Virus record (IMG/VR): IMGVR_UViG_3300045988_181112
Length of the DNA: 64,000 nt
Source: a virus
Reading direction: 5' to 3' (one strand)
The stretch's first letter is position 1; every line of letters starts with the position of its first letter. The notes below the pieces were generated by a model. That model worked only from the letters and a program-made list of their open reading frames with translations, was not told where the DNA came from and did no database searches. The translations under genes and the position numbers were made by a program. Below are positions 19,101 through 27,451 of this stretch, in pieces.

Positions 19101-20836
19101 GCGATATCTTCAGCAACTACTTTTCCTGTTCCCGTGGGCTTAAGATCTGTGCCGTAAGCATCATAAATATCACTCAGGTTAAATACCTGTCCCGGAATAT
19201 TATTTGCATGGATGATGCCATTTGCTTCGCAAATATCATTCTCATTGAATACAAATAATACAGGATTCTTGCCATCGGAAGAACCATATGCTTCGCCACC
19301 TTGAGCCGCGCTGTTCCACTGTTCGGATGCATTGATTACTGTGATCTTAGCACCTTCTGCACTTGCATTTACATAGGTCTGGTTACCTGCTGCATATGTA
19401 GTATCAATTCGAGGATAAGATGCGATTGCATATAGTCTTGTACCGGTAACATTGATATTTGTCCATGTCTTTGAAACTCCGGTCGCACCATCGCTGATCT
19501 GTCGGCATGTCAAAGAAGTCGCATTCTTCAGATAAAAAGCCTGTGTTGTCTCCCACATTGCGTACAGCTGCTTTCTGATATTGTAAGTAGGAATAGTTGC
19601 TCTTTCAGCAGACGCCTGTCCTCTTAAAATGTCAGTCAGCTTCATGGCAGACAGTTTATCAGCGGATGCATAAGTATCACCAAGATAAGCATACAGTGGT
19701 AAAAATTCTGCATCATTATCCTCTGTAAGAGTCGTCTTTACGTCAGCACCCTGATACACGCTTGAAGTATTGGATGGCTTAAACATTGCAATACTTACCG
19801 CAGGCTTACCCTCGTAAGTCACATAACCACCGGTTCCGGCTGTTTTTGTAATCTTTACAGGAGAAGTTTCCAGACGAGTCCACAGTCCTAAATTCATCAG
19901 ATAATTTTCATGATGATCTGTAAACCATGAATCGAAAGAACCCTGGTTTCCGGAAAACCACTCAGGCTGTCCTTTATAGAATAGAGAAGCATTGTCCTTC
20001 GCACCGGTATTTCCAGCATCCTGCCATGTACCGGCATCGCTTACCAGTTCACCTGGAACATCCAGTTTCACAGAGTTATTGTTGCCTGTAATCTCTGTGG
20101 GTTTTACTTTTTCCCATTCTGTCTTAATCTCTTCCGGTGTATCCAGTTTTGCTTTCATTGCGGCTGTAGAAAGACCATCCAGATTCTGATCATCCGGCCA
20201 TGCAAACAGAGTCCACTTAATCTCTACCTGACCGTCATCTGTGGAATATGTCTTACCTTCTGCCATGTATTGATATGTAACCGTATCATTTCCGGCAGGA
20301 GCTTCATAATCCGGCACCGATTTCTCATATGCCTTGTAATCTGCATCACCAGGATTAAAATTGCCGTTCAAGGCGTCCAGATACTCAGAGAAGCACATGA
20401 TACCTCTCTTTCCATCACCACCGTCAACGACGTTGGAAGCGGAACCGTATTTATTAGAATCTGCAATATCAGTCGTACTGATCACAGTAACACCCTTGTT
20501 TCCGTTTTGTGACGCTGATGCAACATAAGACGATGCATACGTTACATCCCAGTCTGTTGCATGATAATTAGCAGATGTCTCTGCCAGTTTTGTTCCAGTG
20601 GAACTGTCGTAATAAGCGTTCATTACGAGCGTACCGGCATCATAATAGGTCTGTGAAGGACCATATGTCACACTGTCTGCTGCGAATGCTTCAAATCCGC
20701 CGACAATAGACTCAGAATCCTTGGAACCCAGTCCCCAGAAATTTGTTCCGAGGGTTGTAGCACACATCAGCATTGCCATAAAACCGGCAAAACTTCTACG
20801 GGCTACTTTCTTACCTGCGTTGCTTAATGTCTTCAT
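16157..20836 (-). CDS. cell-wall-anchored adhesin. Putative N-terminal thioester domain, then about 7 Ig-like stalk repeats with HxDxxDxxQ intramolecular ester-bond motifs, then a C-terminal sorting signal
   Basis: Signal peptide at the N-terminus. IMCFSEY Cys plus ETTQAFY give a TQ-type thioester candidate. Repeats start with DTVTYxGL and end HKDLADADQTI, HKDKNDADQTV, HADSADEQQTV, HRDLTDADQTV, HKDISDADQTV and HTDKANVDQTI. The C-terminus is VEAQTG followed by a hydrophobic TM and KKNGR. Confidence 0.8.
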   Translation of the reverse strand: MKTLSNAGKKVARRSFAGFMAMLMCATTLGTNFWGLGSKDSESIVGGFEAFAADSVTYGPSQTYYDAGTLVMNAYYDSSTGTKLAETSANYHATDWDVTYASSYVASASQNGNKGVTVISTTDIADSNKYGSASNVVDGGDGKRGIMCFSEYLDALNGNFNPGDADYKAYEKSVPDYEAPAGNDTVTYQYMAEGKTYSTDDGQVEIKWTLFAWPDDQNLDGLSTAAMKAKLDTPEEIKTEWEKVKPTEITGNNNSVKLDVPGELVSDAGTWQDAGNTGAKDNASLFYKGQPEWFSGNQGSFDSWFTDHHENYLMNLGLWTRLETSPVKITKTAGTGGYVTYEGKPAVSIAMFKPSNTSSVYQGADVKTTLTEDNDAEFLPLYAYLGDTYASADKLSAMKLTDILRGQASAERATIPTYNIRKQLYAMWETTQAFYLKNATSLTCRQISDGATGVSKTWTNINVTGTRLYAIASYPRIDTTYAAGNQTYVNASAEGAKITVINASEQWNSAAQGGEAYGSSDGKNPVLFVFNENDICEANGIIHANNIPGQVFNLSDIYDAYGTDLKPTGTGKVVAEDIANTIVPFVIRSDAYYDVTEDYQRAAGVLYGRVDASTLDTSAINSRFAGKVAIPSANDEIVDTVTYSGLNGGDSYTLEGAVYKSNDKTFASPIVQTTVSFTAQATTGTQDVVFTAFNSTSVASGEKLVVTEVLKSADGTVIAEHKDLADADQTIAYTKKPVLVTKASLSDEDKKITDTVTYFGLDASAEYIMTTTAYDATTGSMLPDSVATEFTASDTGNGKVDVVYDKFDAVDLAGHKLVMYESVALKSAPNPEVASHKDKNDADQTVVLGSNMEISTVAKAGTGSKYLDAIDSETIVDTVTVTGLKASEKYTARATLFDVTTGELVTDTSSNTLTWSEEFTTDASGNGSTTVTLANFAASNKAGHTLVVYEEILNANGVSVATHADSADEQQTVSVKKAGITTVLGDADGKKDMESSASMVFKDAITYSGLVPGNEYYMVSTLVDKANGQVLTDTAGNKAIVTSTVFTANSTGSNKGSSSFTFTNMASTMSGKTVVAFNDLYRVTDGTASGTTVTDNVKAELVASEHDLANVSQTVSIDATIDVTDATIDTVAKGVDGSKTIPLATNSTIKDTVTYTGLTAGKTYTLSAEVYDTNTGKRAAGYTKAQSMDFTAGDNGKGEIVMTIDLNTMELSGHKLVVYETLSLGDKTVASHRDLTDADQTVTVNDTFQASIDTVATDKATGGKTLMASSDAVILDKVSYDGLDTNMSYKLTTTVYDKATGAKCDGIAAVTTEFKPSDSKGTVEVSIPVDGTKFTAGQSLVVYEELTATSKTTGTDGKSATKTVTVATHKDISDADQTVTFVKMTTYLTGDGTSAKTVHVGSDAYAIDTASFTGLTPNRTYVITTQLLDVAANSGAVTLDTNTSANNTASGNAVATRTMEFTPTTANGSIATQINVNTTGLSGHSLVAVATVTDKTTGQTVATHTDKANVDQTITVQTRVEAQTGVGTYAWIFGIMALIMLAGVSSYGIGFYSDKKNGR

Positions 20837-21089
20837 TTAGCAAATGCTCCTTTCTCACCTTAATAATAATTTCCAGTCCTCATATGTAAAGACTGAAGCA
20901 GGTTATTGAATCGTCCGGACTAAACAGTTCAGACTTCCGGCAAAAACTTCCGGCGTTTACGTTCGGGCTGATTCAGGTCACCCTACTTTATTATTATCTC
21001 CAGCCCGTGGATACGGCAACATTTTCTCCACAGGTAATGGACGAAATAAAAACCTGTCCGAGTGCATAATACCACACTCGAACACTTAG
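20837..21089 (-). promoter_or_regulatory. ~250-nt structured 5' leader of adhesin mRNA
   Basis: The promoter is 250 nt from the ATG. The leader has several stem-loops (CGAGTG…CACTCG, ACAGGT…ACCTGT) and a direct repeat GCCGGAAGT-TTTT-GCCGGAAGT. Confidence 0.4.
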
Positions 21090-21118
21090 ATATTAACACA
21101 AATTATCTCATTTATCAA
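21090..21118 (-). promoter_or_regulatory. sigma-A promoter (TTGATA-17-TGtTAATAT), a near-identical copy of the promoter at 1720-1748
   Basis: Minus strand reads TTGATAAATGAGATAATTTGTGTTAATAT. Confidence 0.5.
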
Positions 21119-21128
21119 TATAATATCG

Positions 21129-21169
21129 AAAAAAAAATGAGAATGCACCAGATATTTTTTACCCGGTGC
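21129..21169 (-). terminator. intrinsic terminator
   Basis: GCACC…GGTGC hairpin plus a T9 run on the minus strand, after the 21281..21976 stop. Confidence 0.5.
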
Positions 21170-21280
21170 ATCCCCATACGGCATCAATCACAGAAAGAAA
21201 TGTTTCACATTCGTATCTGAGGATACCATAAATGTCTGCTGTTTGCAATAGATTTCCATAAAATTTGCCAGATTATTCTG

Positions 21281-21976
21281 TTACTGGATGCCGGGCTCAA
21301 ATCCCGGTTCGTCAGAACCCGTCTCGATCTGTGCAAACTCACGGTTCATTCTGTCCTGAAGAAGAAGCGGTTCCAGATCACACAGATAAGATTCTGCCCT
21401 ATCTGCATCTCTGTATGTACCAACATAAGGCATATCGCCGGCACGCATTTCACTGACACAATGATTTGCGTATTTCATGTAATCTTCCACAGTAGGCTCT
21501 GATCCAACTTTCAGACGCTCATAATTCAGTGTCTGGAAAGCGATATACTCACCATAATTCATAAGATGCGGAAAAACCACGGTTGCAGCTGCACAGTCTG
21601 CGACCTCCTGTTCTATTTCTGTAAAGCTATGTACACCGCCGTTCCGGTCAACCGCCTGAAACGGACGCTTTTCTTTGCTGCAAATATCCTCCAGATTATG
21701 TTCCGGCCCCATGGCTGTCCTGGTCCAGAGTTCCACACCTGTCACCATTAGAACATCGTTATCCTGATGATCCACGATACAGCGGGCAAAAAGAGGATTA
21801 TCGCCATTGACATATGGCGTGGACATCCAGACTTCGTCATTGAAATATCTGGATGGGTTGCTTGTTCCTGATTTTGGTCTTGATGTAATATCACTGACAG
21901 CAAAACCCTTACGGAATGAATCCCTGATCTCCTGTTTTGCACCGGCAATGCTCTCATTCTTTGTCTTTAATATCAT
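21281..21976 (-). CDS. hypothetical cytoplasmic protein
   Basis: 231-aa ORF. It is the last gene of the switch-controlled operon. Confidence 0.5.
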   Translation of the reverse strand: MILKTKNESIAGAKQEIRDSFRKGFAVSDITSRPKSGTSNPSRYFNDEVWMSTPYVNGDNPLFARCIVDHQDNDVLMVTGVELWTRTAMGPEHNLEDICSKEKRPFQAVDRNGGVHSFTEIEQEVADCAAATVVFPHLMNYGEYIAFQTLNYERLKVGSEPTVEDYMKYANHCVSEMRAGDMPYVGTYRDADRAESYLCDLEPLLLQDRMNREFAQIETGSDEPGFEPGIQ

Positions 21977-21991
21977 CGCATTTTCCCCCGA

Positions 21992-22117
21992 TCAAACCTC
22001 TGCGTCACCGGCAATCAGATCAAACAGTCTGTTGCACACAGTAGCAACAGCTACGATGACTGTTACAACAACAGACGCAGCACTGACAATAATGACTTTC
22101 TTTGTTCCTTCGTTCAT
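21992..22117 (-). CDS. small single-TM peptide
   Basis: MNEGTKKVIIVSAASVVVTVIVAVATVCNRLF with an AAAGGAGA RBS. The track ORF is longer (22189). Confidence 0.3.
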   Translation of the reverse strand: MNEGTKKVIIVSAASVVVTVIVAVATVCNRLFDLIAGDAEV

Positions 22118-22402
22118 AATGTTCTCCTTTCTGATCTTGCCAATCATACATATATTATATAATATACAGCATAACACTGTCAAGGACATACGTTGCAGTC
22201 AAGATACAGTGTAAGTTTCTTGCCCCGGCATGGCCTGTTTGAATAAAAATGTGTCACCCTTTTGATACAATACCTCTGTCCACGGTAAACAAAATAATTA
22301 CCTGCATTCGGAACTGCCCGTAAAAATGCCTGTATCAGATACTTGCCATCCGGCAGTACAAGAACGGTATTAAAATCCTGTCCATTCACGAAAAACATAA
22401 CT

Positions 22403-23533
22403 CTATTCCTCCAGCTGAGCGGCAAGCCCCGGTGCGTCTTTTACCAGTTTCTTTACCTCGATCCGATCAACCTTACGCTGTGTCGTATCAAGATGCTTTA
22501 ATGCAAGACGCATGGCTTCTTTTGTTTTCTGCAAAGCAACGATCGCCTTGTCAATGTCATCCATGGCTTCCTGATACTTTGTAGAAAAGTGGCCAAACGA
22601 TGTTCCCACGTCTGATTTGAAAGCTTCGATCGCATTGCGGAGATTCAGCACATCGACATTCTGCTCCGCCATGGTTGCAAGCTGTCTTGTCATGTCCTCA
22701 CGTCTTGCGGCCTCATTACGGATCATCGTGATAAACGGAATGAAGAACTGCGGACGAATCACATACATCTTCTCATATCTGTGGGATACATCCACGATAC
22801 CCTGATTGTACAGCTCAGAATCTGCTTCCAGCATCGTCACAAGGACAGCGTACTCACAGCCCTTCTCCCTACGGTCTTTGTCCAGTTCCTTGAAGAAATC
22901 TTCGTTCTTGTGCTTCTTCTCCGTCGTTTCCATTTCGTTCTTCATCTCAAACATGATAGACACCAGTTCCATTTTATCAGGTGTATATGCACGGTAGACA
23001 AAGTCTCCCTTGGAACCGGAAGAAGAAACCTCGTTGTCCTTTTCAAAATAATCGAACCGGAAAGCCGTCGCACGGAGCTTTTCAAACTCATCATGGCAGT
23101 GCTGCTCCAAGGACTCTCCAACCATCTTTGTGGACATACGGGCTTTTAAATCCCTGTAATACTCTGCCTCCACGGTCTTTGCCTTAATCTCGGCATCTTT
23201 TTCGGAAAGCTGCTCCGTGAATTTCTTCTCTGTCTCAAGAACAGCCTTGTCCAGACGGATCTGTGATGACTCCTTCTCTGTCTTTGCCTGCATTTCTGCA
23301 TCATGCTGCTTACGCCTTGCAGACTCCAGCTCTGTCATGTACTTTTCACGTTCCTTGGAAACTGCCTCTTTTACGGCAAGTTCCTGCTTTGCGTCCTGTG
23401 TTTCTTTAAACTGATCCACACGGCGCTTCACTTCTTTCTCTAATTCATGGTTACGGATCTGCTGTCTGATCTCGTCGGCATCACTGCCGGACAAATCAAA
23501 CACCTTTCCGCATTCCGGACATCTGATCTGCAT
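22403..23533 (-). CDS. zinc-ribbon / coiled-coil protein (DUF2130-like)
   Basis: N-terminal CPECGKVF zinc ribbon, a long K/E-rich coiled coil and a conserved C-terminal domain. The family name is from memory. Confidence 0.5.
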   Translation of the reverse strand: MQIRCPECGKVFDLSGSDADEIRQQIRNHELEKEVKRRVDQFKETQDAKQELAVKEAVSKEREKYMTELESARRKQHDAEMQAKTEKESSQIRLDKAVLETEKKFTEQLSEKDAEIKAKTVEAEYYRDLKARMSTKMVGESLEQHCHDEFEKLRATAFRFDYFEKDNEVSSSGSKGDFVYRAYTPDKMELVSIMFEMKNEMETTEKKHKNEDFFKELDKDRREKGCEYAVLVTMLEADSELYNQGIVDVSHRYEKMYVIRPQFFIPFITMIRNEAARREDMTRQLATMAEQNVDVLNLRNAIEAFKSDVGTSFGHFSTKYQEAMDDIDKAIVALQKTKEAMRLALKHLDTTQRKVDRIEVKKLVKDAPGLAAQLEE

Positions 23534-23546
23534 ATTTTGCTACCTC

Positions 23547-24167
23547 CTATTTTACAATCATACCCCTGTATTTATCCTTACTGTCGATCACAGCATACAC
23601 ACCGTCTTTTAAGTCTGCGACCAGTGTTTCCGGTGTTGTGATACCTGCTGCCGCGGATATAGCATTTTTTATCACGTCATCGGCAAGCATCGAACGGATC
23701 TGTACTTTTCTGGCAGAAAACGTCAGCATGCGGATCAGCACGTTTTTGTCCACACCACCGATATATCCGCCGTTCTCATCCACGATCGGAAGAACCCCGC
23801 CGGCAAGGATGAAATCAATATCTTTTGCAGAAAGCATATATGTCCTGTCTGTCGGTGCGAGCTTCTTTGGCTTTTTCATAATATCTTTTGCAGCAACACG
23901 CCTGTCAAGTTTTGCCGCTTCATCCTGCAACAGCTTCACGGCATCCGGTGTCGGCAGGAACAGCACTCTGTTCTCGTGCTGATAGGCATTGCGGATAATA
24001 CGGCACTGCTGCAATCCCTTTCTTACATCCGATTCCGGTTCCAGTTTATCCTCATACTGTGCTACCAGCCCTCTTCCGGATGACATCCTTGTAAAACCTT
24101 CGGATGCAAGCACGTCCTCAAAATTCTTAAATGCTTCCAGAAATTCTTCCTGTAATGTCTTTTTCAT
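23547..24167 (-). CDS. CBS-domain protein
   Basis: ILAGGVLPIVDENGGYIGGVDKNVLIRML and a second CBS-like repeat. Confidence 0.5.
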   Translation of the reverse strand: MKKTLQEEFLEAFKNFEDVLASEGFTRMSSGRGLVAQYEDKLEPESDVRKGLQQCRIIRNAYQHENRVLFLPTPDAVKLLQDEAAKLDRRVAAKDIMKKPKKLAPTDRTYMLSAKDIDFILAGGVLPIVDENGGYIGGVDKNVLIRMLTFSARKVQIRSMLADDVIKNAISAAAGITTPETLVADLKDGVYAVIDSKDKYRGMIVK

Positions 24168-24168
24168 A

Positions 24169-24363
24169 TTATTCCTCCATCAAATCATGAACATCCACAC
24201 CCAGCGTATCTGCAATTTTTACGGCGAGCCATAACGGCGTGTTCGCAAATTTCCTTGAACCGGCAATGTACGGCTCCAGTGTCCGCACGCTGATACCGGA
24301 TAACTCTGACAGGGATGCCTTTGTGTAACCTCTCTCATTCATCAAATCTTTCAGTCTGCTCAT
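24169..24363 (-). CDS. XRE-family helix-turn-helix protein
   Basis: MSRLKDLMNERGYTKASLSELSGISVRTLEPYIAG. The start overlaps the upstream stop (ATGA coupling). Confidence 0.55.
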   Translation of the reverse strand: MSRLKDLMNERGYTKASLSELSGISVRTLEPYIAGSRKFANTPLWLAVKIADTLGVDVHDLMEE

Positions 24364-24860
24364 AATAATGCTCCCAGTAAACCATAATGTACCGTAAGAT
24401 ACAGTGCCACGCCGACAAACATCAGACAGCAGAACAGCATCACATACTGCTGTACACTGTCCTTTTTCGTCCAGCATTCCGTAATCTGGTCGCCTTTGAT
24501 ACGGATCCGCAACTTCACGGAATGTCCCTTTTCGGGAACCTTTGCCTTTGCCGGACTAGCAAACCCCGCCCCACCGGAATACGGCACATCGTGGAGCAGA
24601 TACCTTGCACCATCATAACCGATCAGATAATCACAGGTGTAATAGACATCATTATGCTTTATGCTGCACTTGACATCCACGCATTTGCCGGTGACCTTTG
24701 CGTCACACCGGTACTTTTTAATATTGCGGCCCAGATAAGCAAACAGCATCACAAATCCTGCAATACACATCATAATGGCAAGATATACATACTTATGATC
24801 CACGAGGTCTGTCACCTCCCGGTTCTGTGTAAATTTTACAAATAACTCATTCCAGTTCAT
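24360..24860 (-). CDS. membrane protein (2 TM)
   Basis: 166-aa ORF with AAAGGGGA RBS. TM segments near both termini. Confidence 0.5.
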   Translation of the reverse strand: MNWNELFVKFTQNREVTDLVDHKYVYLAIMMCIAGFVMLFAYLGRNIKKYRCDAKVTGKCVDVKCSIKHNDVYYTCDYLIGYDGARYLLHDVPYSGGAGFASPAKAKVPEKGHSVKLRIRIKGDQITECWTKKDSVQQYVMLFCCLMFVGVALYLTVHYGLLGALL

Positions 24861-24876
24861 AGATTCAACTCCCCTT

Positions 24877-26751
24877 TCAGCCTGAAATATGGATGCTTCC
24901 AGCGTCTACTGTTAACATATCTTTGGAAATGCACTTGCAGACACACTGCAAGAACTCACTGATACGGTTTGGATCCACAGAAACACGCAGCTTCGTATCA
25001 TCCTGCAAGTTCCAGATGATTGCGTATTTCATACCAAACGCGATCGCATACAATGCAGCCTGCAGTTCATGGTCCGGAGATATGGTATCCACAAACTTTA
25101 ATTCATACAGTTCCCCGACATGTGTGAATGCATCGCACCGTCCAAGCATTGTCTTGTCTCCGACACGGACACCGTTCACGGCATTCTTAGCATACTGGAA
25201 CGTGATATTGCACGGCAGTTCCACTGCTTCGCTGCCGTCAAATACCGTGGCAAGTCTCTCATGCAGTTCTTTGTCTGATGCTTTGCTGACAAACTTTTTC
25301 TTGATGTCACGCAGGTAACGCAGCTGTCCGGACTCCATTGCCACGTAATATAAAATCTTTTTCTGCAATGACCAATCCGGCTTAAACTCCGGCAGGTGGA
25401 TTCCCTTATTCTGTGCATCCACGTAGTCACGTAAGATCATGGCATCAATATCAAAATTGTCAAAATACGTTGCCTGTGCATGGATGCCGATACATGCCGA
25501 CAGGTCAATAAAACCGTCGGACTTCGTAGCCTTTATGACTTTCCCGGCATCCTGGATCTTTTCTATCGTAAGGAAATCCATGCAGTCACGGATGTCCTCT
25601 TCGTATTTGTGCTCAAACGCATGGCTCATGGTCACGGGCTTCATATCTATCGGCATATCACCTGTAATAAGCCCCACAACACTGATCTGGAGCTTATCAT
25701 CCCGTCTGTCCGTATAGAAAATAATACGTTCTTTCCCACGGGATGCCGCGACCAGAAAAATATTCTTAAGGATCTGTCTGGATACCGAATGTTTCTGTCT
25801 TGCTTCCAAGTATTTCTCTGTGAAATCGCAGACCACGCAGACCTTTCGTTCCAGTCCCTTTGCCGAATCATAAGTCGTAAAGATTGCGGCTTCTGACGTA
25901 TCAAAACTCTGCATTTCATCCTGCTCATCCATGGAAGCGTACACCGTACTCTTATTGAACTTATACGGATACTGCTCTTCCAGCATGTTCTGAAGCTGTG
26001 TCCTTGCACCCCATGGCATCTTTCCGCCGAGAACCAGAATGTCCTTTGGTTCGTAATTTTTCAGGATATTCACCAGATGACACAGAGAATCCACGTCCTC
26101 GACACGGCTGTTCGGGTTGCAACCCACAATGCTTTTGTTCCAAGCCTGACCAATCTCTGCGGCATAACCGGGAGCCAGACGGAAACACTTTGTAAACCGC
26201 ATATACTCGTCATTCTTAATGATACCGAACAGATACCGGATGAAATCATCTGCCTTGAAATTCGATGTGTCATAAATCTTCTGCTGCATGTCACCAACGA
26301 TCAGAAACTGCGGCACAAATCCGTCGTATTCCAGATAAGAAAGCCGGCAGATGGCATTTAAAACTGCGGCCGTGTCTTCCCTGAGATCCTGATATTCATC
26401 CACAATGACCACATCATATTTCGGGATATGTGTCACACTGTTCGCAAACTGTCTGCACACCGTGTTCATGGACGTCTGTGGAATTTCGTTACCGAAACAG
26501 CACTGTGCTGCAAACCTGTGGAATGTTGCAATCGTTGTATTCGTCTCGTGGATCTTCTTGCAAGCATCGTCATAAAGACGCCTGTTATAAGTAAGGTACA
26601 AAACCCGCTTCGGACTTAATGCTGAACAGGCTCTCTGTATTGTCGTTGTCTTGCCAGAACCGATGCAGGCATCCACGAGGATGTTCTTGCCGGCTAATGC
26701 ACTATCTATAAAAAACTGTTGCTCATCTGTCAGCACAATATCATTTGACAT
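24877..26751 (-). CDS. SF1 (UvrD/PcrA-like) helicase fused to a C-terminal PD-(D/E)XK nuclease domain
   Basis: Walker A VDACIGSGKTTT. Walker B VVIVDEYQDL. C-terminal GRCDAFTHVGELYELKFVD (D…E-L-K). GAAGGAGA RBS. Confidence 0.75.
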   Translation of the reverse strand: MSNDIVLTDEQQFFIDSALAGKNILVDACIGSGKTTTIQRACSALSPKRVLYLTYNRRLYDDACKKIHETNTTIATFHRFAAQCCFGNEIPQTSMNTVCRQFANSVTHIPKYDVVIVDEYQDLREDTAAVLNAICRLSYLEYDGFVPQFLIVGDMQQKIYDTSNFKADDFIRYLFGIIKNDEYMRFTKCFRLAPGYAAEIGQAWNKSIVGCNPNSRVEDVDSLCHLVNILKNYEPKDILVLGGKMPWGARTQLQNMLEEQYPYKFNKSTVYASMDEQDEMQSFDTSEAAIFTTYDSAKGLERKVCVVCDFTEKYLEARQKHSVSRQILKNIFLVAASRGKERIIFYTDRRDDKLQISVVGLITGDMPIDMKPVTMSHAFEHKYEEDIRDCMDFLTIEKIQDAGKVIKATKSDGFIDLSACIGIHAQATYFDNFDIDAMILRDYVDAQNKGIHLPEFKPDWSLQKKILYYVAMESGQLRYLRDIKKKFVSKASDKELHERLATVFDGSEAVELPCNITFQYAKNAVNGVRVGDKTMLGRCDAFTHVGELYELKFVDTISPDHELQAALYAIAFGMKYAIIWNLQDDTKLRVSVDPNRISEFLQCVCKCISKDMLTVDAGSIHISG

Positions 26752-26780
26752 AATATAATCTCCTTCTATCTCATATCTTT

Positions 26781-26809
26781 ATTATACGCTGGTCAGCGTA
26801 TTTTGTCAA
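26781..26809 (-). promoter_or_regulatory. perfect consensus promoter TTGACA-17-TATAAT for helicase-nuclease operon
   Basis: Minus strand reads TTGACAAAATACGCTGACCAGCGTATAAT. The spacer and -10 overlap the palindrome TACGCTGGTCAGCGTA (26785-26800). Confidence 0.55.
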
Positions 26810-26812
26810 GAA

Positions 26813-26830
26813 CAACTGATATATCAGTTG
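26813..26830. promoter_or_regulatory. 18-bp perfect palindrome CAACTGATATATCAGTTG (operator candidate) between divergent promoters
   Basis: Perfect dyad symmetry. It lies between the -35 boxes of the divergent promoters. Confidence 0.5.
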
Positions 26831-26850
26831 ATTGTTCCTATAAAATCTGC

Positions 26851-26879
26851 TTGCAATGTATTCTCCTTTCGAGTATAAT
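26851..26879 (+). promoter_or_regulatory. consensus-like promoter TTGCAA-17-TATAAT giving a leaderless transcript
   Basis: TATAAT ends 7 nt before the ATG at 26886. No RBS is present. Confidence 0.5.
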
Positions 26880-26885
26880 ATAATT

Positions 26886-27137
26886 ATGGAAAATATTGCT
26901 ACCAAGAAAATGAAAGACTTAAGAGCGCGGACAGGCTTAAGCCAGAGCCAGTTCGCAAAGAGATTCCATCTCAGCATAAAAACCCTGCAGGGATGGGAAG
27001 GCGGCATCAAACGGACTCCCGGCCATATTCTTTATATGGTCGAGAGAATTCTTGATCTGGAAGAAAGGATAGAAAAAGAAAATCCGGATCCCAAAACCGA
27101 TGACTGCCATAAGAACAGAAAGGAGTGCAGGAAATAA
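26886..27137 (+). CDS. XRE-family HTH repressor (ImmR/cI-like), leaderless
   Basis: MENIATKKMKDLRARTGLSQSQFAKRFHLSIKTLQGWEGG. Confidence 0.6.
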   Translation: MENIATKKMKDLRARTGLSQSQFAKRFHLSIKTLQGWEGGIKRTPGHILYMVERILDLEERIEKENPDPKTDDCHKNRKECRK

Positions 27138-27451
27138 TGCCGGTACCTAGATTTAATTTGCCAAAATACAAACCATCCGAGAATGAAAGAAAATTTCATA
27201 AACTCACAGATATGCTGTTTGATATGGGATACGACATTCGTAATGTTCAGGATATAATAGATATTATTGAAGCAAAAGAATTAAATATATCGTCATCAGA
27301 TTATCCATACGGCTCTTTTGAAGAATTCAAAAAGCATAAAAATGACAGAGAATTCGAAATGGCAACTTTAGAAGACATGATGATAACAAAAGAAAAAGAA
27401 GCTGAACTGGAAAAAGCCGTAAAGGAAGGTCGTTTATGGATAACATACTGA
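27125..27451 (+). CDS. hypothetical protein
   Basis: 108-aa ORF with AAAGGAG RBS. Confidence 0.5.
   Translation: MQEIMPVPRFNLPKYKPSENERKFHKLTDMLFDMGYDIRNVQDIIDIIEAKELNISSSDYPYGSFEEFKKHKNDREFEMATLEDMMITKEKEAELEKAVKEGRLWITY

Noticed and set aside
20837-21089. c-di-GMP riboswitch call for the adhesin leader
   Set aside because: I could not align GEMM-I/II conserved positions by eye. Reported only as a structured leader that needs a covariance-model scan.
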